From the NCBI GenBank assembly GCA_965227515.1, contig CBDDFZ010000001.1, positions 1,312,001-1,376,000 of the forward strand: a DNA stretch of 64,000 bases, read 5' to 3'. The notes beneath the pieces are model-generated. The model was not told where the DNA came from, did no database searches, and worked only from the letters and a program-made list of their open reading frames with translations. Position numbers and translations under genes: made by a program. Position 1 is the first letter of the stretch; the number at the start of each line of letters is the position of its first letter. Source of the DNA: Alphaproteobacteria bacterium. GTDB lineage: Bacteria > Pseudomonadota > Alphaproteobacteria > CALKHQ01. This document shows positions 50,994 through 59,484 of this stretch, piece by piece.

Positions 50994-51701
50994 CTATGCC
51001 TGCTTCGTCAGAAAGACACTGATCTCGTCGCACAACAGCGTCGGGAACCGCTTCTTGAGCCCAAGCCTGCCGCCCACCGGGACAACCCTGTCGACGCGCA
51101 GCGCGTTCAGGCCGGCAATGCGCTCGATCGACTCCAAGGTGAAGTAGTGCAGGTGGTTGCCATCCCATTCGCGCTTGTCCCACCAGTCCAGCGACGAGGT
51201 GACCGGCAGCCTGCCGCGCAGGACGCGCATCCGGTTCTTGATGCCGGTGATCAATGGCAGGTTCACGATGGCAACCGACCTGTCGTGCATGACTTTGTGG
51301 AGTTGTTCGAACGAATGAAAGGGATCGAACAGGTGCTCGAAAATCATGAGCGCCACGATCAGATCGAATTTTTGATCGATGTCCCAATCATGATCTAGGT
51401 CGCGGTGCACCAATTCAACGTTATCAAATCTATTCATGCCGAGCGATCTATCGACAATATCGATGCCGAGATACGTTTTGGCATATTTTGAGTAGATCTT
51501 GAAATATTGTGGACCGCCATAGCCGACTTCAAAAACAGAAAATTCTCCCTGGTGTGATCGAAGAAAGTCATAGACGGGATAGTAACGGTCTCCCGGGGAG
51601 ATTTCGGCCTCCTCGACAAATGTTACAGCCGAATCCTCGGCCTGCAGCCAGTTTTCATGAGACCGGGCGTAAAATTTCTCTGACGGTCCGGTTGTCTGCA
51701 T
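50994..51701 (-). CDS. Class I SAM-dependent methyltransferase (lower GC)
   Basis: VFEVGYG, GIDI, FDLIVA..IFEHL.DP, HLHYFT. Confidence 0.85.
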   Translation of the reverse strand: MQTTGPSEKFYARSHENWLQAEDSAVTFVEEAEISPGDRYYPVYDFLRSHQGEFSVFEVGYGGPQYFKIYSKYAKTYLGIDIVDRSLGMNRFDNVELVHRDLDHDWDIDQKFDLIVALMIFEHLFDPFHSFEQLHKVMHDRSVAIVNLPLITGIKNRMRVLRGRLPVTSSLDWWDKREWDGNHLHYFTLESIERIAGLNALRVDRVVPVGGRLGLKKRFPTLLCDEISVFLTKQA

Positions 51702-51944
51702 AAGACCGGCATCCCCAGTTGCCACAAATTTGAAACTTGAAGACGGACATAAATTGGCAGTTAACGCGCTCGACTATTCTGAATCCCCGTCGTGAGTTAT
51801 GCAACCAATAATAGATATGGTCTCCGCGCATCGGTGACGGCAGGCCGGTTTGCATCCGGGGTTTGCATCGGGGCGGCATTCGCGGTCCCGGTGCGCATGT
51901 CACCGGGGTCGACGGACCGAGATCGGATCGGAAATTTTTTTTTT

Positions 51945-53240
51945 TGAGCGGTCGGAGAGATAGGTGACGGATCGTACCGGAGACATGGGTAACACTTTTG
52001 GCCTTTTGGCCGGGGGTGTTGATGCCGTGGAGACGGAGTACGGTTATGGAGGAACGCCTGCGGTTTGTGGCCCGTTTGCTGGAAGGCGAGAGCATGAGCG
52101 CGGTTTGTCGGTCTTTCGGGATATCCCGGAAGACCGGCTACAAGATTTTCAAGCGGTATCAGGCGGAGGGTGTGCATGCGCTGAGCGACCGGTCTCGCCG
52201 CCCGGTGCGCTACGCCAACCAGCTGCCGGCCGCGGTCGAGCGGCTGATCGTCGCGACGAAGAAAGAGAAGCCGCACTGGGGCGCACGCAAGATCCGGGAG
52301 GTGTTGGTGCGCCGTCTTGCCGGCGACGTGCGCATTCCCGCCAGGAGCACGGTGCATGCGGTGCTCGACCGCCACGGCCTGGTCCAGCGCGCCCGGCGCC
52401 GGCGCCACAAGGCGGCGGGCACGCCGCTGTCGACGGCCCATGTCCCCAATGCGCTGTGGTGCACCGACTTCAAGGGCGAGTTCAAGCTCGGCACCGGCCG
52501 CTATTGTTACCCCCTGACGGTGACCGACCAGGCCTCGCGCTTCATCCTGGGCTGCGAAGCCCTTGAGACGACCAAGGAGGCGCATGCCTTCCCGGTCTTC
52601 GAGCGCCTGTTCCAGGAGTTCGGCCTGCCCGATGCGATGCGCTCCGACAACGGCCTGCCATTCGCCAGTCCGAACGGGCTCTACAACCTCTCCAGGCTCG
52701 CGGTCTGGTGGCTGAGGCTGGGGATCGCGATCGAGCGCATCAAACCCGGCCATCCGCAGCAGAACGGCCGCCATGAACGCATGCACCTGACCCTGAAGAA
52801 GGAGACCACCAAGCCGGCCGGCGCCAACATCCTACAGCAGCAGGCCCGCTTCGACGCCTTCGTCGCCGAGTTCAATACCGAGCGCCCGCATGAGGCGCTC
52901 GCCATGAAGTGCCCGGCAGAGGTCTACACCCCCTCAGCCAAGCCCTATCGCGGCTTGACCGAGCTCGACTATCCGTTCCACGACCGGGATGTCGTCGTCA
53001 CCTCATGCGGGCGGCTGTGCCTGCACCGAAAGAAGATCAACATCTCAACCGTCATGGCCGGACAGCGCCTGGGAATCAAAGAGGTCGACGAGGGCATATG
53101 GCTCGTCAGCTTCATGCACTACGATCTCGGATACATCGACCTGGAGCAGAAAACACTGCAGACACTCGACAGCCCGTTCGGCACGAGGTTGTCACCCATG
53201 TCTTAGGTACAAACTGTTACCTATGTCTCCGGGTCGGACA
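51945..53240 (+). mobile_element. IS481-family insertion sequence, copy 2 (1,296 bp)
   Basis: Same ends, length and translated ORF as copy 1; flanked by TTT/TTT. Confidence 0.93.
52022..53206 (+). CDS. IS481-family DDE transposase
   Basis: Translation identical to 31437-32621. Confidence 0.95.
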   Translation: MPWRRSTVMEERLRFVARLLEGESMSAVCRSFGISRKTGYKIFKRYQAEGVHALSDRSRRPVRYANQLPAAVERLIVATKKEKPHWGARKIREVLVRRLAGDVRIPARSTVHAVLDRHGLVQRARRRRHKAAGTPLSTAHVPNALWCTDFKGEFKLGTGRYCYPLTVTDQASRFILGCEALETTKEAHAFPVFERLFQEFGLPDAMRSDNGLPFASPNGLYNLSRLAVWWLRLGIAIERIKPGHPQQNGRHERMHLTLKKETTKPAGANILQQQARFDAFVAEFNTERPHEALAMKCPAEVYTPSAKPYRGLTELDYPFHDRDVVVTSCGRLCLHRKKINISTVMAGQRLGIKEVDEGIWLVSFMHYDLGYIDLEQKTLQTLDSPFGTRLSPMS

Positions 53241-53249
53241 TTTGGAGGG

Positions 53250-53325
53250 TGGTGCCGATGGAGGGACTCGAACCCCCGACCCACGCATTACGAATGCGTT
53301 GCTCTACCGGCTGAGCTACATCGGC
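53250..53325 (-). tRNA. tRNA-Thr(CGT)
   Basis: Reverse complement GCCGATGTAGCTCAGCCGGTAGAGCAACGCATTCGTAATGCGTGGGTCGGGGGTTCGAGTCCCTCCATCGGCACCA; 76 nt. Confidence 0.97.
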
Positions 53326-53457
53326 AGTATCCGGTGGCAAATATCCGGCGCGAACGCCCGAAAATCGCGCGGACCATAGCCGATATGGGGCTGGAGCGGC
53401 AAAACAAAAGTCCCGCGCAAGCGGGTGGCACGCTAATTCATCCTTGCCCATTGATCA

Positions 53458-53638
53458 TCGTCGTCCTCGCCCTTGTGGCGAGGACCCATCGTTGTCCAGG
53501 GCTCCAACCGATGCCGCGTGCAATATGGTTCGGATGGCCATCGCACGAAAGGCATAACGGCACGTCGTTCGAGCGCAGCGACGCGCGAACTGAGCCACGC
53601 ACTGGAATGGGCCCTCGCCACAAGGGCGAGGGCGACGA
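53458..53638. repeat. REP-like palindromic element, family B
   Basis: TCGTCGTCCTCGCCCTTGTGGCGAGGACCCAT ... ATGGGCCCTCGCCACAAGGGCGAGGGCGACGA inverted pair. Confidence 0.8.
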
Positions 53639-53693
53639 GCGTTTTTTGTCTGCGAAGGGCAAGGCCGGCTGGAAGTGCTGGTGTCCCGCGCGC

Positions 53694-55340
53694 TCAGTCG
53701 ATCTGCGCTTCCAGGGTTTCAAGGCGGTCGGCCTCGGCCGCCGGTTTGTCCCAGCGGATGCGGTGGACGCGCGGGAAGCGCATGGCGACGCCCGACTTGT
53801 GGCGGTTGGAGCGCTGCACCGCGTCGAACGCCACCTCCAGCACCAGGGACTGGGTCACCTCGCGTACCGGGCCGAAGCGGTTGGTGGTGTTGTTGCGCAC
53901 GAAGCGGTCGAGCTGGCCGAGTTCCTCGTCGGTGAAGCCGAAATAGGCCTTGCCCACCGGCACCAGTTCGTCGGTGCCGTCCTGGGTCTCGCGCCAGCAG
54001 CCGAAGGTGAAGTCGGAGTAGAAAGACGAGCGCTTGCCGTGGCCGCGCTGGGCGTACATCAGCACGGTATCGACCAGCAGCGGGTCGCGCTTCCACTTGA
54101 ACCACGGCCCTTTCGGCCGGCCGGCGAGATAGGGCGCGTCGCGGCGTTTGAGCATCAGGCCCTCGATGCCGGCCTCCCGCGCGCCGTCGCGGATCGTGGC
54201 CAGCCCGGCCCAGTCGTCGAACGCCACCAGGTCGGAGAGGTCGAAACGCGGCCACGGGCGCCGCTCCAGCCAAGCCGCCAGCCGGGCGCGGCGGTCCACC
54301 AGCGGCAGGGCGCGGATGTCCTCCGGCCCGTCGAACAGCATGTCGTAGAGGCGCACGAAGGCCGGTGCGTCGCGCAGCATCTTCGCGGTCACCGTCTTGC
54401 GGTTCAGCCGCTGCTGCAGGTCGTTGAACGAGCCCACGTGCCAGCCCTCGTCCTGGTCGAAGCGGCCGACCAGCAGTTCGCCGTCGACGACCACGTCCTC
54501 GTCCAAGGTGTCGGTGACGTCGGGGAAGGCGGTCGAGATATCGTCGCCGGTGCGCGAGTAGAGCCGCGCCGCGCCGCCGCGCCGGGCAAGCTGCACCCGG
54601 ATGCCGTCCCACTTCCATTCGGCGAGGTAGTCTGCCGGGTCGAGCTTCGGCAGGTCGGCCTCCACATCGATGGGATTGGCCAGCATCAGCGGCCGGAACA
54701 CGTCGGTCTGCGAGATGTCGGGGCGGTCGGTGTCGCCAGCCAGCCAGTCGAACACGTCGCGGTAGGGCGGCGCGAAGGCGTGCCACACTTCCTCCACGGT
54801 ATCGGCGGACTGGCCGAATGCTTGGCCCAGCGCGGTCTTGGCGAGCCGTGCCGACACGCCGATGCGCAGCGCGCCGGTGATCAGCTTCAACAGCGCCCAG
54901 CGGCCGGTGGCGTCCATGCCGTCCAGCCAGCCGGCGACGATATCGGGCACCTCGCCACGCTTGGCCATGGACAGGGTGTCGACCACGTGGGTCAGCGAAG
55001 GCGCCAGCCGTTCCGGCGGCATGTCCGGATCGGTGCCGCCGACCGCCGCGCGGTTGCCGTCGGGCCAGATCAGGGCGGCGGTCTCGGCCAGGTCGCCGAC
55101 GAAATCGTACGACCAGCCGAACAGCACCGGGTCGACGCGTGCGTTCACCAGGTCCCGGATCATCGCCGGCTTGGCCTGCTTGATGCTGAGCGCGCCGGTG
55201 AAGGCGGCCATCGCCCAGCCGCGGTCGGCGCGCAGTGCCGGGTCGCGCGCCTCGCCCAGATAATCGGCCAGCAGCGCGAGCTTGGCATTGCGCGATGCGG
55301 TGTAGGACAGGGCGTCCAGCAGGTCGGCGAACGGCTTCAT
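53694..55340 (-). CDS. ATP-dependent DNA ligase (cisplatin damage response type)
   Basis: AEWKWDGIR.Q, YSRTGDDIS, DGEL, EGLMLK, KWKRDP, RFPR. Confidence 0.95.
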   Translation of the reverse strand: MKPFADLLDALSYTASRNAKLALLADYLGEARDPALRADRGWAMAAFTGALSIKQAKPAMIRDLVNARVDPVLFGWSYDFVGDLAETAALIWPDGNRAAVGGTDPDMPPERLAPSLTHVVDTLSMAKRGEVPDIVAGWLDGMDATGRWALLKLITGALRIGVSARLAKTALGQAFGQSADTVEEVWHAFAPPYRDVFDWLAGDTDRPDISQTDVFRPLMLANPIDVEADLPKLDPADYLAEWKWDGIRVQLARRGGAARLYSRTGDDISTAFPDVTDTLDEDVVVDGELLVGRFDQDEGWHVGSFNDLQQRLNRKTVTAKMLRDAPAFVRLYDMLFDGPEDIRALPLVDRRARLAAWLERRPWPRFDLSDLVAFDDWAGLATIRDGAREAGIEGLMLKRRDAPYLAGRPKGPWFKWKRDPLLVDTVLMYAQRGHGKRSSFYSDFTFGCWRETQDGTDELVPVGKAYFGFTDEELGQLDRFVRNNTTNRFGPVREVTQSLVLEVAFDAVQRSNRHKSGVAMRFPRVHRIRWDKPAAEADRLETLEAQID

Positions 55341-55405
55341 GCCGAACAGGTGGCCGCAGCCCTGCCCGCGGTCAACAGTTTGGTGCAGTCAATCGCGTGA
55401 GGGGA

Positions 55406-55735
55406 TCAGCTGGTGAACTGGCAGCGTTCCCAGATCTCGCCCTCGTTGTCGGTGCTGTCGACGTGCACGCGGATCGTCTGCTCGTTCAGCTGAAACATCA
55501 GGATGCGCTCGCCCGCGACCGGTTCGCCGTCTGGAATGTCATAGGCGAAAGCATGCCGGGTGTAGTCGCCGGTCAGGGTCAGCCCCGTCGGGGTCACGAT
55601 CTCCGGCCCACGGATCGACATCCGCTGCTCGCCGTTGCACCAGTTGCCATCGATGGCATCGGCCAGGGCCGTGCCGGTGGTCAGTGCGAAGGCCGCCGCC
55701 ACAACCGCGGCCCCCAGTAGCGCGTGCCGTTTCAT
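55406..55735 (-). CDS. Hypothetical secreted protein
   Basis: Signal peptide, ADAIDG.WC, I.GP.I.TP.G, Y.RHAF.Y, W.RC. Confidence 0.75.
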   Translation of the reverse strand: MKRHALLGAAVVAAAFALTTGTALADAIDGNWCNGEQRMSIRGPEIVTPTGLTLTGDYTRHAFAYDIPDGEPVAGERILMFQLNEQTIRVHVDSTDNEGEIWERCQFTS

Positions 55736-55767
55736 TGCCTGCCTCCCTGCCGGTTGGATCATCTTTC

Positions 55768-55863
55768 GCTTACACTGAATCGGTGCCGGCCCGCACCCCC
55801 ACCCGGCCACCCAGACAGGATACTATCGTTGGGCGGTCGGGTGGGGGGGTGCGGGCTGGTGCC
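55768..55863. repeat. Dispersed palindromic element, family A (copy 4, reverse orientation)
   Basis: GGTGCCGGCCCGCACCCCCACCCGGCCACCCA...GATACTATCGTTGGGCGGTCGGGTGGGGGGGTGCGGGCTGGTGCC, with tail GCTTACACTGAATC. Confidence 0.85.
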
Positions 55864-55950
55864 GACTTCGCGTACGCGACAAGCAAACAAGCCCAGCAAT
55901 ACAGCCGAACGGGCCGGCAGGGAAATCACAGGCTGGCTATGTGCGCGGGC

Positions 55951-56343
55951 TCAGCTCTCGCGCGGTGCATAGGTCATCAGGCTGACCGCGGCACCGCCCG
56001 GGTCGGCAATCGTCGCCATGCGGCCGACGCCGGGAATGTCGAAGGCCGGCACGATCACGGTGCCGCCTGCCGCCTGGGCCTTGGCCACCCGGTCGTCGAC
56101 ATTGTCGACGGTGACATAACCCATCCAATGGTCGGGGACCCCGGCCATCTCCGGCGTCTTCGGCATGATGCCGCCGACCGGCGTGTCGCCCACCTTCAGC
56201 ACGGTGTAGGTGAAGGCCTGCATGTCCATGTCCTCGGCCGTCCAGCCGATCACGTCGGTGTAGAACGCCTTCACCTTGTCGGCGTCGCTGGTGCGCAGTT
56301 CGGCCCAACTGAAAGCGCCATGGGTCTGAAACGGATCACTCAT
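55951..56343 (-). CDS. VOC/glyoxalase-family protein
   Basis: GAFSWAEL.T.D, FY..V.GW, W..Y.TVD.VD, DIPGVGR.A...DPGGA. Confidence 0.9.
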   Translation of the reverse strand: MSDPFQTHGAFSWAELRTSDADKVKAFYTDVIGWTAEDMDMQAFTYTVLKVGDTPVGGIMPKTPEMAGVPDHWMGYVTVDNVDDRVAKAQAAGGTVIVPAFDIPGVGRMATIADPGGAAVSLMTYAPRES

Positions 56344-56479
56344 TGGTATTGCTCCCTGTTAATCTGCTTGATGGTGAAAGCGCACAGTAAGCGATTGCTT
56401 ACATACGTGCGACCGAATACTAGCCCATCGGCGATGACGTTTCGGTGACGCGCCGCGCCGGGGGATGCGGGAGGAAGAC

Positions 56480-56818
56480 ATGAGCGTGAGCGACTGGCTG
56501 GTCGGCATGGACGACATCATGGCGCGGCTGGAAGCGGACCCGGAGAACAGCCGCGTGCACTATCCGATCCGCCACGGCAGCATGCGGGTCGGCATCTACG
56601 CGCCGCGCGGCGAGGACCCGCAAAGCCCCCACACCCAGGACGAGCTCTACATCGTGGCCAGCGGCACCGGCGTGTTCATGCGCGACGGCGAGCGCCGGCC
56701 GTTCAAGCCGGGCGACCTGATCTTCGTGCCCGCCGCCGCCGAGCACAGGTTCGAGGACTTCAGTGACGACTTCTCGGCCTGGGTCGTGTTCTGGGGACCG
56801 CATGGCGGCGAGCGATAG
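56480..56818 (+). CDS. Cupin-domain protein
   Basis: YAPRG.DPQ.PH.QDELYIV..G.G, GD..FVPA...HRFEDF, WV.FWG. Confidence 0.9.
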   Translation: MSVSDWLVGMDDIMARLEADPENSRVHYPIRHGSMRVGIYAPRGEDPQSPHTQDELYIVASGTGVFMRDGERRPFKPGDLIFVPAAAEHRFEDFSDDFSAWVVFWGPHGGER

Positions 56819-56844
56819 CGGCAAGGTCTCTCCCCATACGACAA

Positions 56845-56883
56845 TTGGCCCGAATTTCGCATTTGTTTGGCTTCGGAATTGCT
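56845..56883 (+). promoter_or_regulatory. Putative sigma54 -24/-12 promoter(s) for the deaminase-ABC operon
   Basis: TTGGCCCGAATTTCGCA (56845-61) and TTGGCTTCGGAATTGCT (56867-83), both GG-N10-GC. Confidence 0.45.
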
Positions 56884-56920
56884 GACACTCTTGTGCCGGG
56901 AAACAGGGGGAGCCGGGCGC

Positions 56921-58180
56921 ATGCTCGACACGATCATCAGGGGCTGCAATCTGCAGGACGGGCGCACGGGCATCGACATCGGCGTGAAGGATGGCGCGAT
57001 TGCCGAGGTCGGCCACGCCCTTGACGCCGAGGCCAATGAGGAGATCGATGCCACCGGCCGGCTGGTGGTGCCGCCCTTCGTCGACTGCCACTTGCATCTC
57101 GATGCGGTGCTGACCCACGGCAACCCGCGCATCAACGAGAGTGGCGAGCTTTACGAGGGCATCGACCTGTGGGCCGACCTGAAGGCGACCCTGACGCCCG
57201 ACGACTACAAGCGCCGCGCCATCGACTACTGCCACTGGGCCATCGCCCAGGGCACGCTGGCGATCCGCGCCCACGTCGATACGTGCGATCCCCGGCTGGC
57301 GCAGGTGGAGGCACTGATCGAGGCGCGCGACGAGATGCGCCCGTACATCGACCTCCAGCTCGTCGCCTTTCCGCAGGACGGCTACTACCGTTACGAGGGC
57401 GGGGTGGAGCTGTTGCGCCGGGCCATCGACATGGGCCTGGACGCGGTCGGCGGCATCCCCGACTTCGAGCTGACGGCGGGGCTGGGCAACGAGTCCGTGC
57501 GCGAACTGGCGGAACTGGCGGTCGACAAGGGCCTGCTGGTGGACATGCACACCGACCAGACGCTGGACCCGCAATCGCGCCAGATCGAGGCGCTGACCTG
57601 GGAGACCAAGCGGCTGAAGCTGGGGTCGCGGGCCAGCGCCAGCCATTGCACGTCGCTGACCACGTTCCACGACAACTACGCGATGAAGCTGATCGCGCAG
57701 ATCGCCGACGCCGGCCTCAACGTGATCGTCAGCCCGATGACCAGCGCCACCTGCCTGAAAACCATGACCCGCGTCTCCGAGCTGTGGGATGCCGGGGTTA
57801 ACATCGGCTTCGGCCAGGACTGCGTGATGGACCCGTGGTACGCTTTCGGCATGGAGGACATGCTGGATGTGGCCCACATGGCGATCCACTTCGGCCGCCT
57901 GCTCAGCGAGCAGCGCAAGGCGCAGGTGTTCAACGGCATCACCTATGGCGGGGCGCACGCCCTCAGCCTGGAGCGCTACGGCCTGGAGCCGGGTTGCCGC
58001 GCCGACATGATCCTGCTGCAGGCCTCCACCCCGATGGAGGCGGTGCGTACCAAGGCGGCGCGGCTGAAGGTGATCCGCGGAGGCCAGACCATCGCCGAGA
58101 CCGCGCCGCGCCAGTCGACGGTGACCCTTGGCAATACCAGCCGCACCGTCGATTTCTCGGCCGAGAGCGTGCGCCATTGA
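56921..58180 (+). CDS. Cytosine-deaminase-like amidohydrolase (divergent active site)
   Basis: PPFVD.H.HLD, R.HVD, LQLVAFPQDG, VGGIP, ASH, GQDCVMDPW. Confidence 0.88.
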   Translation: MLDTIIRGCNLQDGRTGIDIGVKDGAIAEVGHALDAEANEEIDATGRLVVPPFVDCHLHLDAVLTHGNPRINESGELYEGIDLWADLKATLTPDDYKRRAIDYCHWAIAQGTLAIRAHVDTCDPRLAQVEALIEARDEMRPYIDLQLVAFPQDGYYRYEGGVELLRRAIDMGLDAVGGIPDFELTAGLGNESVRELAELAVDKGLLVDMHTDQTLDPQSRQIEALTWETKRLKLGSRASASHCTSLTTFHDNYAMKLIAQIADAGLNVIVSPMTSATCLKTMTRVSELWDAGVNIGFGQDCVMDPWYAFGMEDMLDVAHMAIHFGRLLSEQRKAQVFNGITYGGAHALSLERYGLEPGCRADMILLQASTPMEAVRTKAARLKVIRGGQTIAETAPRQSTVTLGNTSRTVDFSAESVRH

Positions 58181-58262
58181 CCTGACGCTGCCGACTGGCG
58201 GCCCACCCCACAACGATTTCGAACCACACAAAGCCCGAACCACACAACGAGGGAGTTTGGTA

Positions 58263-59261
58263 ATGACAATGCGTTGGATGCTGACCGCCGCGACGGCGAC
58301 CGCGACCGCCGCGATGCTGGCCGCGTCGGCGGCAAGTGCCCAGGAACCGACCAGGGTTGCCGCGATCTACACCGTGCCGGTCGAGCAGCAGTGGGTGAGC
58401 CGCATCCACAAGGCGATGCTGGCCGCCCAGGAGCGTGGCGACATCACCTATGAGTGGGCGGAGAACGTCGCCCAGACCGACAACGACCGCGTGGTGCGCG
58501 AATATGCCGAGTCAGGCGTCGACCTGATCGTTGGCGAGGCGTTCTCTTGGGAGCGCGCCGCCCGCGACGTCGCTGCCGAGTATCCGGAGATCGCCTTCCT
58601 GATGGGCTCCAGCTTCGGCCCCAGCGGCGAGAACTTCGCGGTGTTCGACAACTGGATCCATGAGCCGTCGTACCTGACCGGCATTCTGGCCGGCACCCTG
58701 ACCGAGTCCAACAAGATCGGCATGGTCGGCGGCTACCCGATCCCCGAGGTGAACCGGCTGATGCACGCGTTCCTGGACGGCGCCTGCTCGGTGAACCCGG
58801 ACATCGAGTACGTGGTCACCTTCATCGGCAGCTGGTACGACCCGCCGAAGGCCAAGGAAGCGGCATTCGCGATGATCGATGCCGGCGCCGACCTGATGTA
58901 TGCCGAGCGTTACGGCGTGTCGGATGCCGCACAGGAGCGCGGCGTGCTCGCCATCGGCAACGTCATCGACACCGAGGCGGAATACCCCGGCACGGTGGCG
59001 GCCAGCGCCATCTGGCACTTCGAGCCGACCGCCGACCAGGCGATCGAGGCGGTTGCCGCCGACGTGTTCGAGGCCGCCGACTACGGCCAGTTCAGCTTCA
59101 TGGCCTATGGTGGCGGTTCGGTCGTCTATGACGAGGAGCTGGTGCCGGCCGACGCGGCGGAAGCGATGCAGGCGATCGAGGCCGACATCAACGCCGGCAT
59201 GTTCCGCGTCAACGTCAACGACAGCGAGCCGAAGTCGGGCACGTGCGCCGACCGCGGCTAG
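58263..59261 (+). CDS. BMP-family ABC transporter substrate-binding protein
   Basis: Signal peptide, YTVPVEQQW.S.IH, E..YL.G, IG.VGG..IPEV, FIGSW.DP. Confidence 0.92.
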   Translation: MTMRWMLTAATATATAAMLAASAASAQEPTRVAAIYTVPVEQQWVSRIHKAMLAAQERGDITYEWAENVAQTDNDRVVREYAESGVDLIVGEAFSWERAARDVAAEYPEIAFLMGSSFGPSGENFAVFDNWIHEPSYLTGILAGTLTESNKIGMVGGYPIPEVNRLMHAFLDGACSVNPDIEYVVTFIGSWYDPPKAKEAAFAMIDAGADLMYAERYGVSDAAQERGVLAIGNVIDTEAEYPGTVAASAIWHFEPTADQAIEAVAADVFEAADYGQFSFMAYGGGSVVYDEELVPADAAEAMQAIEADINAGMFRVNVNDSEPKSGTCADRG

Positions 59262-59314
59262 TTCCGTTGCGGGGCGGCACCATGCCGCCCCGTCCGTCGA
59301 ACCGCATATACAAT

Positions 59315-59452
59315 TGTCATCCTTGGCCGGCGCACCTTGAACTTGTTCGGGGCGCCGCGCCGAGGATCCATTTTCGATATCGCGCGATGCTGACCATGGG
59401 TCCTCGACGCGCCGCCCTGGGCAAGCCCGGTGGGCGGCGGTCAAGGACGACA
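59315..59452. repeat. REP-like palindromic element, family B, containing an empty IS110 target (59361-59372)
   Basis: TGTCATCCTTGGCCG ... CGAGGATCCAT ... ATGGGTCCTCG ... CGGTCAAGGACGACA. Confidence 0.82.
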
Positions 59453-59484
59453 GAAGTCTTATCACTTCATTCGCCTGCTAGCCG

